Shown: in pieces, positions 11,885-26,240 of the stretch
Numbering within the stretch: position 1 is the first letter of the stretch
How the letters are laid out: the number at the start of each line of letters is the position of its first letter
Source: Camelus dromedarius
Lineage: Eukaryota
Direction: 5' to 3'
DNA length: 64,000 nt
Assembly: GCF_036321535.1 (NCBI RefSeq)
Contig: NC_087436.1
Location: forward strand, 27,406,001-27,470,000
Notes under the pieces: generated by a model
Told to the model about the DNA's origin: nothing
What the model saw: only the letters and a program-made list of their open reading frames with translations
Databases searched by the model: none
Position numbers and translations under genes: made by a program

Positions 11885-13102
11885 CAATGACATTATAGAT
11901 TTTTACTTCCTCAATTATAACATCAACTAATGGATAATTTCCTTTAGTTCCCCCACCATTCATGCAGGATGTTACTATGCAACATTTATTCAAAGATTTT
12001 AATTTCAATGAGGGTTAGTGAGAGATCCCACTATTAAACAAAATTGCATTGCAATATGATGATTACTTTATTAATCCACACCTCTTTCTGTTACTTCATT
12101 TCCTTACCAGGGAGTGAGCTGATGTCACTTCTCAATACTGATCAGCTCTGAATGGCTAGGTGATTACATAATGGACTTGCTCTGGTGGTTTTGTCCGCTC
12201 AGTTAATTCCTTTGAAATATCACTGATGTCATCTGCAAGATGTATTCTATCAACAGTATTTGGTGATTGTGTAATCTGCAGATCTTGTGGCTATTGCTGT
12301 GGAGGAAATTGAGCTAAATTGTTAAAACAAATATTCTGTTTTCTTTTTCTGATATGTAAAACTTAAGTAGGTTCTGTTTAAAGTAGGCTCTTAAATAGAA
12401 GCAGTGGTAGGAATTATAGGACAACTAGAATTTTCAGAAATTTCAACTAACTGTTGATAATTCTACATCTCAGAGGCTATGAGGCAGAATATTATATCCT
12501 GGAAAAAAAAAATCAACCCTCCTCCCCTCGATCTTTCTTCTGGGAGAAGTTTCTGCAACATACATAACAGTAACGATCTACCCTTCTTAGTTAACTCGAG
12601 GTATTTAATACGTGCTTCTATTTTTGTTGTTACTTTATGAGGTTAATACAAGCATCAAACTTAACTGCAGAACATTTTTATTTATCTTAGATACATGTGT
12701 TGTAAATGTTCACAGCTACTTTGTGAGAGTTCAAGTGCTAGTAACATGGCTAATGTAATAAAATGAGCTCTATAAATTTCCCAGTGACAACAGGATGATG
12801 TTTTGGAAATGGGGTTCAAATTAAAAATTACCTGAGATTAAAAAATAGACATAATTTTAAGAAGTTGAGAAAGAATGGGAAGGTAGTTCATTTCTCTAGG
12901 TTAGAAGGCAGTAGAGAGAAAGCTGTGATGGAAAAACTAGAAGATAACTATTAGAAGATAAGCATAAGTAAACAGAATGTACCTAAGGCAAGCAAATTTG
13001 CAGGGCAGTAAAAACTAAGACTTTCAATAGAATCATCTATTTTTAAAAATAAATTCAGCTTTGCTTTGAGTAAGAGTGGCAAAATCACATGTATATTGTT
13101 AT

Positions 13103-14383
13103 TTACTATTGAAGTATAGTTGACTTACAATATTAGTTTCAGGTATACAACGTTTTTATAAATTATACTCCATTTAAACTTACCTACACATCAATGGCTG
13201 TATTTTCCTGTGGTGTACAATATATGCTTGTTGCTTATCCATTTTATAAATAGTTTGTTTTCCTGAATACCCTACCCCTATTGTGCCCCTCCCCCTTCTC
13301 TCTCCCCATTGGTAACCACTAATTTGTTCTCTATTAACTGTGATTCTCTTTATTTTGTAATATATGTTCCTTTCCGTTAGGTTTTAAGTTCTGCATGCAA
13401 ATAACAGAGTATTTGTCTTTCTCTGACTTACTTCATGAAGCATAATACCCTCTAGGTCCATCCAAGTTGTTGCAAATGGTAGAATTTTATTGTTTTTTAT
13501 GGCTGAATAATATTCCATCATACATATATGCCACATCTTTATCTGATCATTAATCTGTTAATGGACACTTAACGTTGCTTCCATATTTTTGCTATTGTAA
13601 ATTGTGCTGCTGTGAATATTGGGGTGCATATCTTTCCAAATTAGTGCTTTTATTTTTTTCTGGGTGTATACCCAGAAGTGGAGTTGCTAGATCATATGGT
13701 AGTTTTTATTTTTAGTTTTTTGAGGAACTTCCACAATGTTTTCCATAGTGACTACAGTGTTTTCCATAGTAACTACACCAATATACATTCCCAGCAACAG
13801 TGTACTAGGGTTCCTTTTCCTCCACATCCTTGCCAATGTTTGTTTGTGGCCTTCTTGTTGTTAACCATTCTTTCAGTGGTGAGGTGGTATCTAATTGTGG
13901 TTTGATTTGCATTTCTCTGATTAGTGATGTTGAGCATCTTTTCATATGCCTGTAGGTCATTTATATGCCTTCTTTGGAAAAATGTCTTAGTTCTTCTGTC
14001 CATTTTTAAATTGAATTGTTTCTTTTTTTAATAGTGAGTTTTATGAGGTGTTTATATATTTTGGATATTAATCCCTTACAGGTCACATCATTTAAAATTT
14101 TCTCTCTTTCAGTAGGTTGCTCTTCCATTTTGTCAATGGTTTCCTTTGCTGTGCAAAATCTTTGAAGTTTAATTAAACAAATTTATTTTTGCTGTTATTT
14201 GTTTTGCCTTAGACATATTTTAAAAAATGCTGCTTTGATTTATGTCAAGGAGTTTCTGCCTTTGTTCTCTAGGAGTTTTATGATTATAGGTCTTACATTT
14301 AGGTATTTAATCTATTTTGAGGGTTTTTTTCTATGTCATATGAGAAAATGTTCTAATCTCATTCTTTTGCATGTAGCTGTTTA
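13103..14383 (-). mobile_element. 5'-truncated LINE-1 (3'UTR plus ORF2 C-terminus)
   Basis: L1 tail 'tattgaagtatagttgacttacaat'. ORF 13773-14003(-) contains RYHLT...GTLVHCCWEC, the ORF2 C-terminal Cys-rich region. Confidence 0.92.
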
Positions 14384-14745
14384 TCAGTAATATGCACATC
14401 AAACCCATAATGAGATATCACCTCGCACTTTTCAGAAATGGCTACCATGAGAAAGTCTACAAATGTTGGTGAAGATGTGGGGAAAGGGAACCCTTGTACA
14501 CTGTTGGTGGGAATGTAAATTGGTATAACCACTATGGAAAACATTGTGGAGTTTCCTCAAAAAGCTAAAAATAGATCTACCATATGATCAGCAATTCCAC
14601 TCCTGGGTGGAAAAATAAAAACACTAGTCTGAAGAGACACATGCACTCCAATATTAATAGCAGCATTATGTACAACAGCCAAGATAGGGAAGCAACCCGT
14701 GTCCATTAACAGATGGGTCAAAAAGATGTGAGATATATATATAAA

Positions 14746-14792
<47 letters not shown>

Positions 14793-15233
14793 ATGGAATT
14801 TTACTCATCCATAAAAAGAATTAAATTCTATTTCCAATAGTGTGGATGGACCTAGGGAGTATTGTATACTCTGTGAAATAAGTCAGACAAAGACAAATTC
14901 TGTTATCATTTATATTTACGTATATTAGTTTTTAGATTCCACACATATATAATAAATCAGAAACAGATTCACATATAAGGAGAATAAAGTAGTGGTTACC
15001 AGTGGAGAGAGGGAAGAGAGGGAGGGGCAAGGTAGGGGTAGAGGAATAAGTGATATAAACTATTGTTTATAAAATAGATATGTAAAGTTACATTGTATAG
15101 CACAGGAAAATATAGCCTTTTAAAAAATAACTTTAAATGGAGTATAATCTATAAAAATACTGAAACACTATGTTGTATACCTGAAACTAATATAATCCTA
15201 TAACTCAATTATAATTCAATTAAAGAAATAAAA
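14384..15233 (+). mobile_element. 5'-truncated LINE-1 (ORF2 end plus 3'UTR), plus strand
   Basis: 'ataatgagatatcacctcgcac...cactgttggtgggaatgtaaattgg...' through to an A-rich tail at ~15220-15233. Confidence 0.9.
14748..14791. repeat. (CA)n microsatellite
   Basis: About 19 perfect CA units plus a degenerate end, inside the L1. Confidence 0.95.
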
Positions 15234-16487
15234 GCTGAGGAAAATTATACCATGATTGGAATTGAAAGTCTTGATGCATTTCTAAAATATAGTTAAATGT
15301 TTTATAACATATTTAATGAGAGTTCATTTAGTATTATAATTATTTATTGGCATTATAAGCAGGTACTAAGTAGGTAATGTATCTTCACCTAGTGCTGTAT
15401 ATCTTGGGCCACAACTCTGGTATTTGAACTTTTGTTCTTGTGTATTAGCAATTGGTGCTATAGAAAAGAACTATTATAATATTCTGATTCTATTTTCATT
15501 TCAGGCAAAAGTTCTTACACATTTTATTTCTCTTCCCAGTGTGGTAATCTGTGTTTGAAGTTCAGAAAAATTTTTCAGTAAATCTAAGATCTGTTTCTTT
15601 TTTTCATTAACAGTAATTGGCACTCTGCCTGACCTTTCATTTTATTAAGAAGTTTTTCTTCAAGGAACTTTCTTTTTTTTTTTTTTTTTTTTTTGAAATG
15701 GCCAGTTCAGATACTCGGATGATTCTTTTCTTTTAGATCATTCTGATAGGAGGAATACTTACTTATTTACTATTATTGACTAATATGCCAATAACATAAT
15801 ATTTTATATGCTTATATATCCACACAATTCTGTCATAGATGAGCTCCTTTCCTTAGTCTACATCTTTTCCCTTTGATGTTCGCATCATTACTTCCAGCAT
15901 ATCCTATCAGAGAAGGATCATGTTTCCCAATTTGGGCGCCTGCGTGTCAGTACAATACCTGGCATGGGGCCAGTTTCATATAAAATATTACATAAATGTA
16001 TGCCGAGTTGAGCTTCCGAAATATGAAATGCATTAAAGGCACTGAGGCAGGTCACTTGTTAAATCACTTTAGCAAAGAAAATCAGCATACTAATCATAAA
16101 ATAAATAATAGTCAAGCAAATTTTTTAAGACAGAGAACACCGGTGTTAAGAAATGAATTTAGCAGACATTATTAAAGGAAATTAAATCCATTTAAAAACT
16201 AAGAGATCTAATCAATGCTGTCCAAACTAGTATTTCCAGGCTAATTGTTATTTGCCAGTCAATGGTTTTATTCACTCTAAAATATCTGTAATTTTATATT
16301 AGTGCTTTAATAAACATGCATATGTAAATTCTCATGAAATCTGTTTTTAAGATAGTACTGATACTGAAATTTATTTAGAATCCTGAGTCCAAGATTTTTT
16401 GAGAAATATATCCTGAAAGTGAAAACAAAGTAGAAAAATATTTTTTAATTAGAAACAAAAAAGGGGAAAAATAAACAAAAATTGATA

Positions 16488-16662
16488 TCATTTTCATAAA
16501 TAAAAAAATTAAATCATTTACTTAACAAGAGTCATTTTCCCAGTGAATTTATTTTAGTAAATTGAATTTATGTAACTTTATACCATTTTCACAAATAAAA
16601 AACATCATTTTCTTAAGTCATTTTCCCAGTGGATTTATTTTAGTAAACTGGATTTATGTATC
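16488..16662. repeat. Imperfect tandem duplication, ~85-bp unit x2
   Basis: 'gtcattttcccagtg(a/g)atttattttagtaaa(t/c)tg(a/g)atttatgta' occurs at 16531 and 16617, each preceded by 'cattttca(t/c)aaataaaaaa'. Confidence 0.85.
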
Positions 16663-16900
16663 TAAAAGTTAGCTTCCAATCTTATCAATGTTTAAGATTA
16701 TGCTTTTCCTCTTTTCAGTAGTATCATAATGCCCAACATCCAAAATCTGAAATGCTACACAACACCTTGGATAGAGCTGAAAGGATGCCTTAACTGTTTT
16801 ATTTCCTACTTGATCATTCCTAATGCATAAAACACAATTAAAAGGTACATAGAATGTTTACATTGTTTTAAAAATAATTATTTTTATATAGCATCCTTTA

Positions 16901-19336
16901 ATTTTTTTTTTACTTTTTTATTGAAGTATAGTCAGGTTATAACATTGTATCCTCTTATGGAGTACAGTACAATGCTTCAGTGATACGTAAATATACATAT
17001 ATTCATTTTCATTTTCTTTTTCACCATAAGCTACTACAAGATATCAAATATAGTTCCCTCTGCTATACAGTATAAACTTGTCTATCATATATTATCAGTC
17101 AGTATCTGCAAATTTTGAACTCCCAGTTTATCCCTTCCCTGCCCTTTCCCCTCTGGTAACCATAAATTTGTTTTCTATGTCTGTGACTCTGTTTCTGTTT
17201 TATAAATAAGTTCATTTTTTTTCTTTTTAGATTCCACATATGAGTGATATCATTTGACATTTTTCTTTCTCTTTCTGGCTTACTTCACTTAGAATGACAT
17301 TCTCCAGGTCCATCCATATTGCTACAAATGGAATTATTTTATTCATTTTTATGGCTGAGTAGTATTCCATTGTATAAATACACCACATCTTCTTTATCCA
17401 GTCATCTGTGGATGGACATTTAGGTTGTTTCCATGTCTCTGGCTATTGTAAATAGTGCTGCTATGAACATTGGGGTGCAGGTGTTTTTTTGAATTAAGGT
17501 TCCCTCTGGATACATGCCCAGGAGTGGGATTACTGGGTCATATGGTAAGTCTGTTTTTAGTCTTTTGAGGAGTCTCCATGCTGTTTTCCATAATGACTGC
17601 ACCAAACTACATTTCCACCAACAGAGTAGGAGGGTCCCCTTTTATCCACACCCTCTCCAGCATTTATCCTTAGTGGACTTTTGAATGATGGCCATTCAGA
17701 CTGGTGTGAGGTGATACCTCATTGTAGTTTTGATTTGCATCTCTCTGGTAATTAACAATATTGAGCATTTTTTCATGTGCCTGTTGGCCATTTATATGTC
17801 TTCATTGGAGAATTGCTTGCTTAGTTCTGCCCATTTTTTGGATTGGGTTGTTTGTTTTCTTCTTATTAAGTTGTATAAAATGTTTATATATTCTGGAAAT
17901 TTAGCCCTTGTCACTCTCATCTTTTGCAAATATTTTCTCCCATTCCATAGGTGGTTGTTTTGTTTAGCTTATTTTTCCTTTGCTGTGCAAAAGCTTGTAA
18001 GTTTAATTAGGTCCCATTTGTTTATTTTTGCTTATATTTCTATTGCTTAGGTAGACTGCCCTAGGGGAACATTGCTGAGATGTATGTCAGATAATGTTTT
18101 GCCTATATTTTCTTCTAGGAGGTTTATTATGTCTTATGTTTAAGTCTTTGATCGATTTTGAGTTTATTTTTGTGTATAGTGTGAGTGAGTATTCTAACTT
18201 CATTAATTAACATACAGCTGTCCAGTTTTCCCAACACCATTTGCTAAAGAGACTGTGTTTATTCCATTGTATGTTCTTGCCTGCTTTGTCAATGATCAAT
18301 TGACCAAAAGTTTGTGGGTTCATTTCTGGGCTCTATTCTGTTCCATTGATCCATATGTCTGTTTTTATGACAATACCCTGCTGTTTTGATTACGTAGCTC
18401 TGTATTATTGTCTGAATTTTGGGAGGGTTTTTCCTCCAGCTTCATTCTTTATCTTCAGTAATGCTTTGGCAATTCTGAGTCTTTTGTGATTCCATATAAA
18501 TTTTAATGTGATTTGTTCTAGTTCTGTGAAAAATGTCCTGGGTAATTTGATATGGATTGCATTAAATCTGTAGATTGCCTTGGGCAGAATAGCCATTTTA
18601 ACAATATTGCTTTTTCCAATCCAAGAGCATAGGATATCTTTCCATATCTTTAATTCTTCTTTAATTTCCTTAATCAACTTTTTGTAGTTCTCCATGTAGA
18701 AGTCTTTGACCTCCTTGGTCAGATTTATTCCTAGATATTTTATTACTTTGGGTGCAATTTTAAAAGGGATTGTTTCTTTACTTTCTTTTCATGTTGATTC
18801 ATCATTAGTATAAAGAAATGCAACTGATTTTTTTGTACATTAATCTTGTACCCTGCTACCTTGCCAAATTCTTTTATTAGCTCTAGTAGTTTTTGTGTGG
18901 AGATTTTAGGATTTTCTATATATAGTATCATGTCATCTGCATATAGTGACAATTTTACCTTTTCCAATTTGGATTCCTTTTATTTCTTGTTCTCACCTGA
19001 TTGCTGTGGCTAGGGCTTCCAAGACTATGTTGAATAGAAGTGACAGTGGACAACCTTGTCTTGTCCCAGATTTTAGTGGGAAGGTTTTGAGCTTTTCACC
19101 GTTGAGTCCTATGCTGGCTGTAGGTTTGTCATAAATAGCTGCTATTCTGTTGATACGTGTTCCCTCTATACCCACTTTGCTAAGGATTTTTATCATAAAT
19201 GGGTGTTGAATTGTATGCCTTTTCTGCATCTATTGAGACGATCATGTAGTTTTTGTCCCTTTTGTGGATGTGGTGTATCACATTGATTTGTGTATGTTGA
19301 ACCATCCTTGTGTTCTTGGGATGAATCCAATTTGAT
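16901..19336 (-). mobile_element. 5'-truncated LINE-1, 2.4 kb, with TSD; ORF2 RT and C-terminal region decayed
   Basis: ORF fragments [25 protein letters not shown] and [15 protein letters not shown]. Poly-T at the left end. TSD tatag(c/t)atccttt at 16887 and 19337. Confidence 0.96.
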
Positions 19337-19549
19337 TATAGTATCCTTTTATAAACCGACTTTATGTGACTACTTGCTCATACATTATACAGAGTAATTC
19401 ATGGTTACATAAATTGTGATGTATAAATTTGATGTTTAAATGTAATTATTTTACCTATCATTCAGAACAAGGGAATATTTCCTGCCTCCCACTAAGTAGC
19501 TATTGTGATCTTTTATAACAGCCTTGGGAAGTATAAACACACAAATTTT

Positions 19550-19785
19550 ATATATAATTTATCACTAATTTATGTTTATATATTACTAATAATGATATAT
19601 TAATACTAAGAAAATATTATACTTTATATTTAATAATAAAGTATATAGTATATACGTATGTTTAATATTTATATACAAATATTAATGTATATAAATACAC
19701 ATACATTTACATTAATATAGTTATATTAATATGTAAAAATGCATATAATTAATATATCAACAAATATACATAACCCTATACATAT
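19550..19785. repeat. AT-rich low-complexity (TA)n-like tract
   Basis: Almost entirely A/T with degenerate TA repeats. Confidence 0.7.
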
Positions 19786-19959
19786 CAAACCTAGGAAGAC
19801 GATAAGCAGTTCTTATTTCTCTACATGTCGTGCACTTATCAGAAGTTGGCATTATTTTTGTGTTCCATCACACTTGTAGTTTCCCTTTGTACTTAGCCAT
19901 CCCCTAATCAGTTTATAAACTTAACTTATCAGATAAAATGTTTAACTTTATCTTATCAG

Positions 19960-21890
19960 ATAAAATGTTTCTTCCTGAAGTATCCATGCATTAGTGGTTC
20001 TGGCTGTTTTGAGTTGTAGCTTTCTAAAAACTTTAACTACTGGCAATGGGAGTGCTAATAAGCAACTCAGAGGATCCCCCTGGATGTCAAATTTACTAAC
20101 TCTTGCCTTCATTTGAAGGAATACCCAATTTCCAATTGATAATTAGGCTCAATCATCAAGTCAATAGAGCAAACCCATTGTTTGGGGTTCAGTGGCATGT
20201 GTAGCCCACAGTAGCCAGGAGGTGGTTTCTGTATCTGGCTCAATGAAAATTTCTGTTGTATTCTCTGTTGAATTGTTCCTTATTTGAGAATTAAGATCTT
20301 TAAGCCAATCTTCTAGTAAGAAAATAGAGATAATAATGAGAATAACCATCTTTTATTCCTTAATTGCTAGATCTGTGGCTATATGGCATATATTATATAG
20401 TGTACATAATATATAAAATATCAGAGCACAAAACATGTAGAAAAGCACACAGACTTCATACCATATAGTCACAAGCAGGGCTGGCTTTGTAATTGAATCT
20501 TCTACGGACTGTTCCTATGTTACATGAAGCCAGTTGCTTCAGGATAATTGGAGTGTGGTAAGACCAGTGAATTCCATGGGCATGAGAACATGGACATACT
20601 TTTTCTTTGTAAAATGACTTTGTCATAAGTGATTCTATGTAGTATTCTAGGAGGTAAAGTGTGTCCCTTAAACCACTATTGCTGGCAGAAGCATTTCAGG
20701 CAAGAAATGTAAATCCAGATCAAAATTATCTGTTCCACTAAGGGCCAACTGCTACCCCTTATGTGATGGAAGAGATGCAGTATAATCAGTTGGCCATCAG
20801 GTGGCTTGCTTGTACCTAAGGAAAGCACTAATATTAGGAGATTAGTGCTACACTCTTTTATTGTTAAGCAAAAGCCCCTGTCGTGCACTAACCTCATCTG
20901 TTACATCAGTCTTACTGAGTAAGGGCTAGAGTAAATAGTAAAGGAGGGTGTACTGACATCATCAGAATGTGTTATCTTGGTCACTTCATTAATGACAGTC
21001 TCCTCTGTAGTGGTTGCCCTGGGTGCAACCATGTGAACATTCACCTATTCACAAATACCCTTACTCTCTTAGTAATTTTCAGAAGTCTACACATGTCATT
21101 CCCAGATCTCTCTACTGTCAATTTACAAGTGTATTTCCGCCTTGAACTGGTAGACAAACTTTTAGCTGCTTCCATGAGTCAATTGTAGATCTTTACTTCT
21201 AACCATTTTTTCCATTTGGGCAAAGGAACTACTAAGTGAACTTCATGAAGACTTGTTGACTGGTAGGATTTGTTTTTGCTAAAGGCTTTCTGAACTATCC
21301 TGGAGTGAAGCTGTAAGGCCACACCATTCACATTCAGGTCATGACAACACAAGTGTTTTAATTCACATAACAAACCAGGCCGTAACTTTTTCTTTTATCA
21401 ATGAGTCTTAAGAAACTCAAATTAAGATTATACATATGAGTTGCAAAGAAGGTCAGTTGTAGTTGGAGTTACATTAGAGGATTATGAGAAATTTACCTTA
21501 GAATTCATTTGTACCTTTGCAGACTTTCAGTACTGATCTAATATATGCTATTTTTATTTGATGACTTTGTATACACTCTAGTGTACACAAAAAATTTATG
21601 GTTTGATTCATGAAGCTTCTGTTCACAATACATAGGAATTTTCTTTTCCCCCATAAACAAATCAAGTAAAGTTTCACAAGTTGGCCAATTTATTTCACTT
21701 TCAGGATCATTTGGCAACTGCCAAAGATCTTTGTTTCAAACCATTCTGATGACTTGTTCAGGCTGATAACCATCATGATAACCATGTCACTCATTTGTCT
21801 GGTGGCCATTTGCTATGTTGTGACCCCCACTGCTCCAGGATCTATCCATTGCCATTCAATTCACAAAGCCTCTTTCAATGGCTGCGCCAC
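19960..21890 (-). mobile_element. Ancient ERVL/MaLR-class internal region remnant
   Basis: Minus strand at 21770-21860 ('tgaatggcaatggatagatcctggagcagtggggg...catggttatcatgatgg') resembles the ERVL gag end. The 20.0-20.7 kb segment resembles ERVL pol 3' sequence. Recognised by eye and heavily decayed. Confidence 0.55.
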
Positions 21891-24029
21891 AAAGAGACAC
21901 TTTAGACAAAGTGCGTGCATATATGAAACATTAAGGTGCTAGATAATATGATGTATTTAGAGAGGTAAAAGTAGTTTTCTACCTACATATTAAGTCATTA
22001 TGTTAGAAGTACACATAAAGAGTGGTGGGACGTGATGCTGGAGAGCACATGTGAGCGTATCACAAAGAGCCTCAGTGCTATACTGAAAACAGCTCAAGGT
22101 TCTCAAATGTTAGAATTGTACATGAGTGCTCTTAATGCCAGATGGAGTAAGAAAAAATAGCGTGTGCTTTTCAGCACAGATTTAGAGGAATCCCATGGAA
22201 TATATATTGGGTGGAAGAGACCAAATACACTCTGTGAAATTTCTGTCAACAATAGCTATTTAGGTCCAAGAATTAGAGGAATATATATTTTAATATTTTT
22301 GTGGGTTTTATTTGTTGGTATAGAATGGACATTTCTTAGAATTTTAATAAATCTGTAGTTCTCCAAGGAAATAAAATCCTAGCAATAAATGTTGAAAATA
22401 TTGTACTTGGCACAAATGGTAATTGGTACAAATGGGTAGCTCTTATAAAAATATCTATTTTGAGCTGAATGCTATTTGCAAAGTACTTTACTATTCATTG
22501 AGTATACTTCAGTAGCAAGAAAAATTGAGCTTTTATTCTAATACTCATGACATAGGGATTGCGCTTTATACATGTAGCAAGAACGGCAATTATGGAATTG
22601 TCAACATAAGCTGTAGTGGGGAAAAAAGTCAAATTCACTAAACCATTGTTTATTTTGAAAATAGCCCATTTGCTATTGCTTGACTGACAGCCATTTTCAT
22701 ATAATTAGCTGCTCAATTAAGCACAATGTGTTTTTATTCAAATTGATTCCAAGTAAAAGAGTAGTAGAAGCAATACATTTCAGGAAGACAGAACATAGTC
22801 TCTAACAGATCATAAGAACAGTAATTTAGGTTAATATTTAGTATTCATAATTTATACTGACTTAAGTGCCTTGTTTTGAGACATGCTATTTCCATAATAA
22901 GTTTTGTATCTTGGAGAAATGTTGAATAGTTTGTCATCCTCTATATTATTGCATCCATTTTATCCAGTTAGAAGCATATTTCAAAGACTATTTTTACTAA
23001 AAGTCATAATAACATGTGCCTCAGATTTATGTATTGGTTAGATTCACTTTTGTCTTAACATTGCCAATAGGTTTGGCTTGACTTTCCTGTCTGAAAGTGT
23101 TTTAGATACAAATGTATTTTTTTGAAACAGCAACATTTAAACAAAATTCTCATTTGATTAGTGGCTTCTAATATTTTTCAGGTTATGCTGGCACGTCTGC
23201 CCAAATATCATTGGTTTACTCCCTTCTTGATGGCAAGTGCAACTATAAATGGAATGAAATAAAATAAATACGGAAGATTACCAATTGCTGCTTACCAATT
23301 GCATCCAACAAGCTTAAAGAGGTTTTCATTTATTATCAAATTATTAACATCCCGCCAACATTTGAAATGAGATGCAATGACACACAAAATCAGAGCATTT
23401 ATCACTGAGGCAAGCGGGCTGCCTCTGCTGGTTAGAGAGCATGTTTGTACTCATTAGAAGTTCAATATGATCATTAAACTTAATCTGTTTCAAGTGGAAA
23501 TTTTTGCACGTTACCATTGCTTCCATCTGTGCTTTCTGTTATATGATTTTAAATCATGAAACAAGGTTTTCAAGTAATAGAACAATTCCAGCTTTTACCC
23601 TCTAATTTCTTCACCTTTAATAAGCAGGTTGTTGTCCCTCTCTTGGCATTTTACAGCTATTGACACCATAGTGAACAGATCAATTATATTTAATATTATC
23701 TTAACTTTAGTGGCTTATTCCATAATCTAATATTTTTACCTTATTGTCCAATTTTCTTTTTATAATTCAAAATTCATTCTTTACTCCATCCTTTATTAGA
23801 ATTGTTTTAGTTAAAAGCAAATTCACCAAATTAGTGAATTCTAAACAATCCTAGTTGAACTTTGAGGTAGTTTTTTATAATAAGGGACATTATATGGTTG
23901 AATATTATCTGATTGAATATATTCTATTTTACCTCATGGATGCATTATACAAAAGTCACTGTGCTTACAGTCTCTTGCTTAATCTTCCTTACACATAACT
24001 GTGAGAATAGCTTTTTTAATCATTTCATT

Positions 24030-24145
24030 TCCCATTAATTGTATTCATTGTTCTGAAATTATTTAACAAATATGTATTTATCACTCCATATGTATCAGGA
24101 ACTGTTGTAAGCACTTTATAAATATTAATAGATTTAACATTCAAC
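24030..24145. mobile_element. MIR/L2 3'-end-like fragment
   Basis: 'atttaacaaatatgtatttatcactccatatgtatcaggaactgttgtaagcactttata'. Confidence 0.5.
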
Positions 24146-25837
24146 TGACTTTTATTATCTTGCAAAATTTGGCCCCATTGCTCATTTTCTAATTTGCCAA
24201 TATTTATTTATTTTCCCCCTATTTAGAATCTATTTTTTCGTGTCAAGAATCAAACAGTTGGTACACTCCAAGTCTCAGTTCTCTTTAGACTGACCACTAA
24301 TTTATGTGTTTTCCCTTAAGTTTTTACATAGGTTTGTGCTTAAAGAGTTGAGAATCCTAATGCTTAGAAGAATTGGTTTTATGTGCCTAGATAATTTGCT
24401 GCTCTAGTTTAGTCAAGAAAATAAAACAAACTTTTGTTTTTATGGGAGTACTAATAAACTAATAGAAAAATAATAGATAACTTATCAACTATTTAACTTC
24501 AAAAATAGCTAAGTAGTCATAATTTGAATTTTGTTATGTGTATGTTATATATATGTATACATGTATATTTGTATAATATGTATATACATGTCTTTGAGGG
24601 TTAGGGGAAAATGTATCAAAATACACATATTAAAATTGTTGATATAGGATTGAGGAAGCTGTATGATGCTAACCAATTTTACATCAAATAGTCATACGAT
24701 TATATATCATATATTACATTATAATATGTATATCATACAGTACACATATGTGTAGATATTATATAACATAACATACAGGATATGTGCAGGATTATACATA
24801 CACATACAGGATTATTTATATATATGTACAGAATTATAAACATAAAGCAAATGTTATGCCATGTTAAAATAAGATTTCCTTTTGCTCTTATTTTTCTAGA
24901 GGGAAACAAAGTTTCTCTTAAGAGAGATTAGTTTAAACAGATGTACCACTTAGTAAAATTACAGCAAGCACATTAGATGTTAGCTCATTAGTATGACTTA
25001 ATTACTAATTGTTCTGTATTTTAGTCAACTCACTGGAAAATATAAATTTCAACATTGTTCTTAAATGGCTTCATTCTGGTAGCTTTGATAAGCATAGGTG
25101 ATATTCCAAGCTGTTAATAAGTATTTTTTATATGTACTCTAAATAATTACTTTTGGTTAAAAAATTATTTTAACCATTTTCAATATTTTAATTGACATTT
25201 TCTAACTAATGTCAAGTGAGTCAAGAATAAATAAAACATGGGAGTCTGTAATGATGTGATACAATGATTTTTGATTCTTCAGTAGTCTTTCCTGTAAATC
25301 AGTTATTCCTCTATTTTTATTTCTTATACATCTTGAATAAATCGTTCTGATATAATTCAAATTAAACTGATCTAGAATATTAGCATAATCTAAATTAAAA
25401 GGGAGATTCTTAAATTCTTCTTTAGAACTAGTTTAGAATGTGTAATTTTAACAGCTCAACAGCCTTAAGTACTAAGAATACTTTAAAATTTTTATATAAA
25501 GAATATTTCTCTACATTATCCCCAAGTAATAGTAGTTTGCAAAAAATTTCAATTGTGAAGTGGCATATATATAATATGTATAGATATAGATAGATACACT
25601 TTCTTCTCTTTTTCAAACTCCCACATACTTAGTCTGCTGAAAGCAAAACAATAAGTTGCTGATATTTAATTCTTAATAATCCCATACACTGAGTTACTAT
25701 AGAAGTGAAGGTAGGATCAAGTATCTCCTCTTTTATATTAACTCCCTCAATCACCCTAAAGTAGTTACTTCTAGCAAGTAAATACAGATAAAGTGAAAGT
25801 AGAATTATAAGATGGAACTCTGTCTCTATTGAAATCA

Positions 25838-26240
25838 TGTTTCAGTTATCAATAGCTGCTAACAAACTTCCCCCAAATTTTGGCTCTGTAATGATTATTT
25901 CTTATGATTCTGAGGGTTGGTTGAGTGATGTATTTCCTGCTTTCGATTAGCCTGGGAACAGGCTTTACCTGGAGGGGCCTGTGTATCTGGGTCTCTTTCT
26001 CTAAGGTCTTTTATCCTTGTTTCTTCATGGCAAAATGGACAAGGGCAGTGCTGCAAATGGGTACAAGGCATAGTTGTGAAACTTTTTCAGACCCAGGCTC
26101 TAAAACTTATGCAGTGTCACTTGTTGGTCATTATTGGCCAAAGCAAGTTATGATGACAGGCCAGGTTTAAAAACCTGGAAAACGGATTTCATCTATTTGT
26201 GGGTAGACCTGCAAATAAATTGTGGCCATGTTTAATGTAC
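25838..26240 (-). mobile_element. MaLR MLT1-type solo LTR (old)
   Basis: 'tgtttcagttatcaatagctgctaacaaacttcccc...cattattggccaaagcaagtta...gtggccatgtttaat'. Confidence 0.65.

Noticed and set aside
13103..15233. Twin-priming inversion of a single L1
   Set aside because: Both arms have a 3' tail and they overlap by ~0.8 kb in L1 coordinates.
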